Shown in pieces: positions 26,603-32,312 of a stretch of DNA of 46,328 bases; position 1 is the first letter of the stretch; every line of letters starts with the position of its first letter. The notes under the pieces are model-generated. The model was not told the origin of the DNA. It worked only from the letters and a program-made list of their open reading frames with translations, and did no database searches. This stretch comes from a virus. The position numbers and the translations under genes were made by a program. The stretch covers positions 1 to 46,328 of the IMG/VR virus record IMGVR_UViG_3300021060_000001; one strand, 5' to 3'.

Positions 26603-26989
26603 TTACGCCCGACGACGACGGCTCGATCCGCCCGTCGCGGCTTCCTCAACGGCGTCGGACTGCTCCTCGCCGACGCTGCCCGGCCCGGTTTCCTGCGGAT
26701 CGGCCGCGTCGGGGACGACCGTCTCGACCGTCACCTCGCCCGCCTGCCCGGCGCTCGCTTCCTCGATCTCTGCCGGCGTCGGGCCTGCCTCGGCCGCCGC
26801 GCGGGAGGTGAACCGATGCTCGACCTTGAGCACGTCCACGCCGGGGAGTGCCGCCAGGGCGGCGATGCCGTGCCCGTCCTCGGCCGAAAGGATTGCATTC
26901 GACACCGCGATCTGGCTGCGGGTGCTGCCCTTCTCGACGGGGACGAACACGCGCAGGGTCACGACTGCACCGACTTCACGCTTTGCCAT
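26603..26989 (-). CDS. Hypothetical protein (128 aa): small beta-rich N-domain, long acidic tail, basic RRRRA end
   Basis: ORF immediately downstream of recT on the same strand. No motif recognised. Confidence 0.6.
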   Translation of the reverse strand: MAKREVGAVVTLRVFVPVEKGSTRSQIAVSNAILSAEDGHGIAALAALPGVDVLKVEHRFTSRAAAEAGPTPAEIEEASAGQAGEVTVETVVPDAADPQETGPGSVGEEQSDAVEEAATGGSSRRRRA

Positions 26990-27001
26990 GGGTGTCTCTC
27001 C

Positions 27002-27973
27002 TCAGAACCGATCTGCATCATCAGCGGCCGGGGCGTCCCGGTCCGCATCCATCGGGATCTCGCCCGTCTCCGGGTCGTGATCCTCTACGACCTCCGCGTC
27101 TTCCACGGGGGGCGATCCTTTATCCTGGCTGGCCTGCTGGCGGGCTTGGCGCAGCTTCTCGCGCCCGGCGCCTGCGCGCTTGGCCGGGGCCGCTGGCGGG
27201 GCATCCTCGCCGTCGTGTTCGATCTCGTCGCCTTCGCTGCGGTAGAGATCGTCCACGCGGCCGAACATCTGCGCGGTCTCGCTGTCGAACGGAAGCTGTT
27301 TCGAGTGGCGGCGCAGGACGGTCTTCTTCGCCATCTCGATTGTGTCGGTCTTCCAGATCCCGGCGAGGTTGCCTTCCCGATCCGTGTTCTTCGACTGCCG
27401 GCGAGCGATAGCCATGATCTCGGACCAGCGCATGACTTCGACCGAACGGTGGCCGCCTGCCATGGTCACGACGGAGTATGCTGCGACCGGCGGGCCAAGA
27501 TCACCGACGAGGAGCGGCCGGTGGATCAGGCGGGGTTCCGTGCCTTCTTGATACTCGAACGCCCCGGCGTCGAGCTCGGCTTGGTAGACGACCGAGACGG
27601 TGAGCACAGACACCATGCCCGAGTTGAAGATGCGGCGGCGCAGACCCGCGACCATGGGGATGTACTGCGCCTCGCGCGCCACGGTCTCCCACTTGCCGGT
27701 TTGCCGGTCCTTCTCGCGCTTGTTGTAGATCACAAGGGCGGCTTCGCGCCCGTCAAGCACGAGACCATCGGCGGCGGCCTTGCTGCACGCGTCGATGACG
27801 GACGCGGGCGTGCATTCGAGAAGCTCGCGGTTCCGGCGGATCGCGTCTTGGACGACCCGGACGAACTTCTTGACCGGGATGTTTGCCGGCAGGTTGGCTG
27901 TGAACGACGGCGCTGCGGCCTCAAGGGCGCCCTGTATTGCCAGGGCGCGGCTCTGCTGGGGGCTGTCAGCCAT
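27002..27973 (-). CDS. recT: RecT-family single-strand annealing recombinase (323 aa) with an acidic C-terminal tail ending in Phe
   Basis: RecT-like core (IPMVAGLRRR..., GIWKTDTIEMAKKTVLRRHSKQLP). Adjacent to the exonuclease. C-terminus ...DAPAADDADRF. Confidence 0.85.
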   Translation of the reverse strand: MADSPQQSRALAIQGALEAAAPSFTANLPANIPVKKFVRVVQDAIRRNRELLECTPASVIDACSKAAADGLVLDGREAALVIYNKREKDRQTGKWETVAREAQYIPMVAGLRRRIFNSGMVSVLTVSVVYQAELDAGAFEYQEGTEPRLIHRPLLVGDLGPPVAAYSVVTMAGGHRSVEVMRWSEIMAIARRQSKNTDREGNLAGIWKTDTIEMAKKTVLRRHSKQLPFDSETAQMFGRVDDLYRSEGDEIEHDGEDAPPAAPAKRAGAGREKLRQARQQASQDKGSPPVEDAEVVEDHDPETGEIPMDADRDAPAADDADRF

Positions 27974-27975
27974 GG

Positions 27976-28830
27976 CTAGTTCTCCTCAGGCGTGGTGTGG
28001 CGGTAGGCCCAGCGCGGGATGTCCAGCGGCTCGGGATCGTCGGGGTAGCCGGGCCATGCGTGAACGAGCGGCATGTCGAGGGCCTCGCGTTCCATGCACT
28101 GTGCGTACGTGGCGAGCGCGCGGCGGTAGACGGCGCGGCCTTCCTCGACGGCGGCAGGCTTGAGTTCGTAGCAGGACACGATGAACGGCGCGGTCTTCTC
28201 GATGACCACGAAGATGAAGGCGTCGGGCAGGTGGGGCCGGGTCGTCTGGGCGCGCGTCGCCTCGGACCAGATGTGAGAATAGAACGCCTCCTGCACATGA
28301 TAACCGAAATTGGCGGTCGCCCTAGCGAACTCCTCGCGACCGCCGGCCTGCGCCGTCTTCAGGTCCAGAATGATGTTGTGCCCCTCGTGATAGCCGTCCG
28401 GCCGACACCGGCACAGCACGCCGGTCTCAGGGTCTACGGCGTACCCGCTGGCCTCGATCATGGCGCCCTTGCGCAGGTCGCGCAGGGTACCCGAGCGGTC
28501 GGCGCTGTCGCGAATGCGCAGAACCTTGGCGTACTCGCTCTCGGGCAGAAGCAGGGCGCCGAAGTGATCGGCCTGCAACTGCGCGTCCTTCCACTTGTTG
28601 CCGCGCCGATCCTCGGGGCCGCACATGACGGCGGAGGCAAGGCGCTCGGGCTCCAGTACGGCGATGTGCGCGGCAGTGCCGAGATCGAACGCGGCGGTGT
28701 CCTTGCGCTCGCCGAACTTGTAGTGGGCAGGGGTGGACTTGGCGATAGTCCAGAGGCCGCTTTTGGAAACGCCGGGGCCGGCGTGGTAGTCTTCGGAGGA
28801 CAGGTTGAGGTGGATGCCTGGGGCGGTCAT
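27976..28830 (-). CDS. PD-(D/E)XK exonuclease, RecE/exodeoxyribonuclease VIII-like (284 aa)
   Basis: N-terminal LSSEDYHAGPGVSKSGL. Catalytic-type RPDGY...IILDLKTA and QEAFY (QxxxY) motifs. Paired with recT. Confidence 0.8.
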   Translation of the reverse strand: MTAPGIHLNLSSEDYHAGPGVSKSGLWTIAKSTPAHYKFGERKDTAAFDLGTAAHIAVLEPERLASAVMCGPEDRRGNKWKDAQLQADHFGALLLPESEYAKVLRIRDSADRSGTLRDLRKGAMIEASGYAVDPETGVLCRCRPDGYHEGHNIILDLKTAQAGGREEFARATANFGYHVQEAFYSHIWSEATRAQTTRPHLPDAFIFVVIEKTAPFIVSCYELKPAAVEEGRAVYRRALATYAQCMEREALDMPLVHAWPGYPDDPEPLDIPRWAYRHTTPEEN

Positions 28831-28865
28831 GGGTTCGCTCGCGGTGTGAGGATGGGAGGGGCAGA

Positions 28866-29204
28866 CTAGAACGGGATGGCCTCGTTATCGTCCACCAGAT
28901 CGGCGTCCTCGAACGCGGGCGTCGGCGCGGCCAGGGCTGGAACGGGCGGCAGACCGGCAGTGGATGCGGGCTCGAACTTGGCCCACGCCTTGGCGAGGGC
29001 GGCGTCGAAAGTTTCGCCGAACTGCGAAGAGATTTCCAGCTTAACGCCATCGCGCTCAGCCTGAAGCTGGCACAGCCATTCCTTGCCAGCCTTCTCCCAT
29101 GAGTTGCGCCTGTGACGCCCGATCACGACGCCGATATCCTGCGCGTCGCACGCTTCCAAAATCTCTCTCGTGGTTTTCATCGCTTCAGTTCCTTGTTGTC
29201 CCAT
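28866..29204 (-). CDS. Small protein with an SSB-like acidic C-terminal tip ...DDNEAIPF (112 aa, or 104 aa from ATG 29180)
   Basis: First gene of the exonuclease/recT operon. ATG 29180 has AAGGAA 9 nt upstream. Pro/Ala linker, then EDADLVDDNEAIPF followed by the stop (TAG rc 28866-28868). Confidence 0.65.
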   Translation of the reverse strand: MGQQGTEAMKTTREILEACDAQDIGVVIGRHRRNSWEKAGKEWLCQLQAERDGVKLEISSQFGETFDAALAKAWAKFEPASTAGLPPVPALAAPTPAFEDADLVDDNEAIPF

Positions 29205-29222
29205 CGCTACCTAAAACCATGT

Positions 29223-29251
29223 TTGACGCAGCGTCAAGCGGGGATTATGAT
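29223..29251 (+). promoter_or_regulatory. Sigma70-like promoter TTGACG-17 nt-TATGAT whose -35 lies in the palindromic operator TTGACGCAGCGTCAA (site S1)
   Basis: Read directly. Perfect inverted arms TTGACG/CGTCAA at 29223-29237 and TATGAT at 29246-29251. Sits in the 71-bp divergent intergenic region between 29204(-) and 29276(+). Confidence 0.6.
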
Positions 29252-29275
29252 CGGCGTCGAAATGGAGGGGCTGAT

Positions 29276-29596
29276 ATGCCAGTGGAAAGTACGCCGGTCG
29301 AACGGCTTTTGGCGCTGTTCAATACGCGCACACGGAAGGGCTGCATTCGGCCAATTCAAGAGCGCAACAACGGCATGTCACAATTCGCCCAAAAAAGCGG
29401 CATCGACATCTCGGTTGTTTCACGCTGGCGCCACGGCAAGGCATCTGTGCCTGCCGGCCGCATACCGACGAGCTACAACCAGCGCATCATCGAGACGTTC
29501 GACCGCGAGGGGATCTCGCGCACGAACCTCATCGGCATCCTCGACCCGCATCATTGCGAGGCGTGCGGGGCTGTGGTGTCGGGAGTGGAGAAGTGA
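29276..29596 (+). CDS. XRE/Cro-like helix-turn-helix regulator (106 aa)
   Basis: GGAGGGG lies 5 nt upstream of ATG 29276, inside track ORF 29099..29596. HTH-like MSQFAQKSGIDISVVSRWRHGK. Lies next to operator S1. Confidence 0.7.
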   Translation: MPVESTPVERLLALFNTRTRKGCIRPIQERNNGMSQFAQKSGIDISVVSRWRHGKASVPAGRIPTSYNQRIIETFDREGISRTNLIGILDPHHCEACGAVVSGVEK

Positions 29597-31050
29597 GCGG
29601 CGTTACGCTCAGGCCGTATCAGGTGGAGGGCGTGGATAAGATCCGCGCCGCCCTGCGCGGGAACGACGCCGTGTTGTTCCAGGCGCCGACCGGCGCGGGC
29701 AAGACGCAGGTCGTCGCGTACATGATGCGCGCTGCCGTCGCGAAGGGCGGGCGCCCCTGGTTTATCGTGCATCGCGACTTCCTCGTGGACCAAACGAGCA
29801 AGACCCTCTCGCGCGTCGGGGTCGATCATGCGTTCATCGCCGCCGGCCGCCCGTGGAACCCGTGGAAGCCGGCGCAGATCTGCGCCATCGACACGCTACG
29901 GTCCCGCCTCGAACGGGTGCCGCCGGAGCGCCTGCCGACCGTCGTATTCGTGGATGAGGCGCACCACGCCTGCGCCGCGACGTGGCTCCGGGTCCTGCGG
30001 TGGCTGATGGAGCGTGGATGCAAGGTCGTCGGCGTGTCAGCGACGCCCGAGCGCCTGGACGGCAAAGGCTTGGATGAGTTCTTCCAGGCCATGATCCCCG
30101 GCCCCTCCGTGGAGTGGCTGATCGAACAGGGATATCTCTCTCGGTACACAGCCTTCGCGCCGACCATGCCCGATCTGTCCGGCGTCGGATCGCGGGGCGG
30201 AGACTTCAAGACCGACGAACTGAACAAGGTAATGGATAAGGACGTGCTCGTCGGGAACATGGTCGGGCATTACAAGACCCTCGCGGCGGGGAAGCGGGCC
30301 GTCTATTTCTGCGTGTCCATCGCGCACAGCCAGCACGTCGCCAAAGCGTTCCGCGATGCCGGGGTGTCAGCGGTCCACCTCGACGGATCGTCGCCGTGGG
30401 ACGAACGCAGGGCCGCAGCGCGCGGCATGGCAATCGGGGAGATCGACGTTATCACGAACGTGGCCCTGTTCGGAGAGGGGTACGATCTTGCGGCGCAGGC
30501 CGGCATGGATGTGACGATTGAGGCCGTTGGTCTCGCCCGGCCGACGCAATCCCTCGCCATGTACATGCAGCAGGTCGGCCGCGCACTGCGGCCCAAGCTC
30601 GATCCGGCGATCATCCTCGACCACGCCGGGAACGTGATGCGCCACGGCCTGCCCGACGACGAGCGGGTGTGGAGTCTGGAGGGCAAGAAGAAGAGCGCGA
30701 AGAAGGCTTCACAGCTTGCCGGCCCGGCTCCGCGCGTGTGCCTCGCGTGTTTCGCTCAGGTCCGCGCGAACTCGCCTGTGTGCACCAACTGCGGCGCGCC
30801 GTTTGGGGGAGGCGACCGCATTCTTGAGGAGAACGACGACGAACTCGTGCCGGTGAATGCCGAGGAGATGAAGCGTCAGCGGAAAATGCAGGAGCACGCG
30901 GCGGAGACGCTAGAGGATTTGATCGAGGTTGGCAGGGCGCGCGGGTACGACAAGCCCGAGCGATGGGCCAGTCACCTCTGGACGGCCCGTCAGCGCGGGC
31001 GTCGCGGTCTCGACGTGGATGCCCAAGCGGCGGCGCAACGCCGATGGTGA
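29593..31050 (+). CDS. SF2 DEAD/DEAH-box helicase with a C-terminal CxxC...CxxC zinc ribbon (485 aa from GTG 29593)
   Basis: Motif I FQAPTGAGKT, motif II VFVDEAHH, motif III VSATP, motif VI QQVGRALR. CLACFAQVRANSPVCTNCG. GTGA overlap with the HTH gene. Confidence 0.9.
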   Translation: MSGVTLRPYQVEGVDKIRAALRGNDAVLFQAPTGAGKTQVVAYMMRAAVAKGGRPWFIVHRDFLVDQTSKTLSRVGVDHAFIAAGRPWNPWKPAQICAIDTLRSRLERVPPERLPTVVFVDEAHHACAATWLRVLRWLMERGCKVVGVSATPERLDGKGLDEFFQAMIPGPSVEWLIEQGYLSRYTAFAPTMPDLSGVGSRGGDFKTDELNKVMDKDVLVGNMVGHYKTLAAGKRAVYFCVSIAHSQHVAKAFRDAGVSAVHLDGSSPWDERRAAARGMAIGEIDVITNVALFGEGYDLAAQAGMDVTIEAVGLARPTQSLAMYMQQVGRALRPKLDPAIILDHAGNVMRHGLPDDERVWSLEGKKKSAKKASQLAGPAPRVCLACFAQVRANSPVCTNCGAPFGGGDRILEENDDELVPVNAEEMKRQRKMQEHAAETLEDLIEVGRARGYDKPERWASHLWTARQRGRRGLDVDAQAAAQRRW

Positions 31051-31382
31051 GCCATCTCCACCGCGAAATGGCGATCTATATGATCCGCGACGGGTGCACG
31101 GACGGCGTAATCGCGCGCGTGCTCGGGCTGACGATGGAGGAAGTCAGGCACTGCGGGTGGCTGATCCACGAGCGAGCGCGCTGGCATTCACGGCAGCGCA
31201 AGAAGAAAGAGGCCCGGTTCGCTGCCGCCATGGCCTCGCACGAACGACGGCTGGCGTGGATGGCGGAAAAGAGGGCACGAGATGTCGAACGAACGCGCGA
31301 TCATGAACCCGTTGCTGCTGGCGGCGACGAAGGCGGGGCACAGATGGTTCCGTCAGAACGTCGCGAAGGCGTGGGTCGGTAA
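31044..31382 (+). CDS. Small HTH (sigma-r4/LuxR-like) protein (112 aa); 3' end overlaps the next gene out of frame
   Basis: ATG 31044 overlaps the helicase stop. DGCTDGVIARVLGLTMEEVRH resembles an HTH. No stop in this frame until 31382. Confidence 0.45.
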   Translation: MVSHLHREMAIYMIRDGCTDGVIARVLGLTMEEVRHCGWLIHERARWHSRQRKKKEARFAAAMASHERRLAWMAEKRARDVERTRDHEPVAAGGDEGGAQMVPSERREGVGR

Positions 31383-31662
31383 GGTGCTGCGCCACACGGG
31401 CCAAACGCTCACGCTGGAGAATGCGCGCGTGCTGCACGCCGGGCTGTGTGTCGGGTCCGGGGACGTGATCGGCTGGACGCGGCGCGAGATCACCCCGGAC
31501 ATGGTGGGCCAGACGGTGGCGGTGTTCACGAGCGTCGAGATCAAGACGGGTAAGACAGCGGTCCGGCCGGAGCAGGAAGCGTTCCGGCGGGCCGTCGTGG
31601 AGGCCGGCGGCATCGCGGGGATCGTGCGTTCCGTCGAGGAAGGCGAGAAGCTTTTCAAATGA
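31282..31662 (+). CDS. VRR-NUC domain nuclease (126 aa)
   Basis: AAGAGGG SD upstream of the ATG. GSGDVIGWT...FTSVEIKTGKTAVRPEQEAFRRAVVEAGGIAGIVRSVEE matches the VRR-NUC D...E-x-K core as I recall it. Confidence 0.75.
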   Translation: MSNERAIMNPLLLAATKAGHRWFRQNVAKAWVGKVLRHTGQTLTLENARVLHAGLCVGSGDVIGWTRREITPDMVGQTVAVFTSVEIKTGKTAVRPEQEAFRRAVVEAGGIAGIVRSVEEGEKLFK

Positions 31663-31664
31663 GA

Positions 31665-31708
31665 GAGGCCGGATGCGAGAACCCCGTTAAGGGTGCGTAT
31701 CCGGCCTC
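31665..31708 (+). terminator. 10-bp-stem hairpin (GAGGCCGGAT...ATCCGGCCTC) 3 nt after the VRR-NUC stop; no U-tract
   Basis: Read directly. The inner ACCC/GGGT pairing extends the structure. Confidence 0.45.
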
Positions 31709-31824
31709 AATGTCGCCTTGTCTCTCAGCCGACGCCGTCACGCAAATCATTTTTATCTAAGTCAGAGCGATTGCGTGTGCTCTTCCTAAAATCGACAATA
31801 CCATCCGCACACATCACGTCAACT

Positions 31825-31862
31825 AAAAACCCCGCCGAACCGGGCGTCCGGCTGGCGGGGTT
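31825..31862 (-). terminator. Rho-independent terminator of the long minus-strand operon
   Basis: On the minus strand: AACCCCGCC, loop (with inner CCGG/CCGG), GGCGGGGTT, followed by TTTTT. Lies 47 nt downstream of the 31909 stop. Confidence 0.75.
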
Positions 31863-31908
31863 CTCGCGGAGGGGGGACAACGCGGTGGCTCTGAAACCAC
31901 GCGCGTAT

Positions 31909-32136
31909 TTATCCCTGTCCGGCGTCCTTAGTCAACCGCTCGGCTGCAATCGCCGCGCGGATCGTGGCTTCGTGCTCGTGCATGAACGCGAGCGTCGCGC
32001 GCACGGCGTCGAGGACGCGCAGATGGTAGTCCGTCAGCCGGTCGTCACAGTACGGTTCGGACAGCATCTTGCGGGCGCCCCATGACAGGGCGTCGAGCGT
32101 ACTGATCTGGTTGACTAGGCTGTGGCGCTCGGTCAT
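31909..32136 (-). CDS. Hypothetical protein (75 aa), last gene of the minus-strand early operon
   Basis: ATG 32136 forms an ATGA overlap with the upstream 59-aa ORF. It is the inner part of track ORF 31909..32205. Confidence 0.5.
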   Translation of the reverse strand: MTERHSLVNQISTLDALSWGARKMLSEPYCDDRLTDYHLRVLDAVRATLAFMHEHEATIRAAIAAERLTKDAGQG

Positions 32137-32312
32137 TGCGGCGGCGCCGGAAGATCGAACCAGTGCGTTACGTTGATGTAAATATCTCCGTCCCAGTCGC
32201 GCCAAAATCCCTCTCGGAACCTAAGCATAACTGGTCCTTCGTATTCGTTTGTAAGGCACGGTATTTCTCTACCGTCCTTCGGCGCGCTATCAATCGTACG
32301 CCAATCGGTCAT
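32133..32312 (-). CDS. DUF551-like small protein (59 aa)
   Basis: Below the track cut-off; I translated it by hand. MTDWRTIDSAPKDGREIPCL...INVTHWFDLPAPPQ. ATGA overlaps at both ends (primase stop and next start). Confidence 0.6.
   Translation of the reverse strand: MTDWRTIDSAPKDGREIPCLTNEYEGPVMLRFREGFWRDWDGDIYINVTHWFDLPAPPQ

Noticed and set aside
26816-27979. Plus-strand ORFs of 387 aa (26816-27979), 310 aa (27937-28869), 409 aa (33536-34765) and 581 aa (38334-40079).
   Set aside because: They are antisense to recT, the exonuclease, the primase/helicase and the coupled early genes, all of which have recognisable motifs or SD/ATGA coupling. The antisense products are low-complexity and Arg/Pro/Ser-rich.
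29099-29275. N-terminal extension of the HTH ORF (track start 29099), and the parallel ORF 29112-29639.
   Set aside because: The extension overlaps the divergent minus-strand gene and the promoter/operator region. A strong GGAGGGG SD precedes the internal ATG 29276, after which the HTH-like sequence begins.
31709-31824. attP or tRNA-derived integration site.
   Set aside because: There is no integrase in the genome, and I recognise no tRNA-like 3' segment. It is kept only as a low-interest note.
31693-32085. 130-aa plus-strand ORF crossing the convergent terminator zone.
   Set aside because: It runs through both hairpins and the AT-rich spacer, then antisense into the 31909-32136 gene. It has no SD and its product is junk-like.
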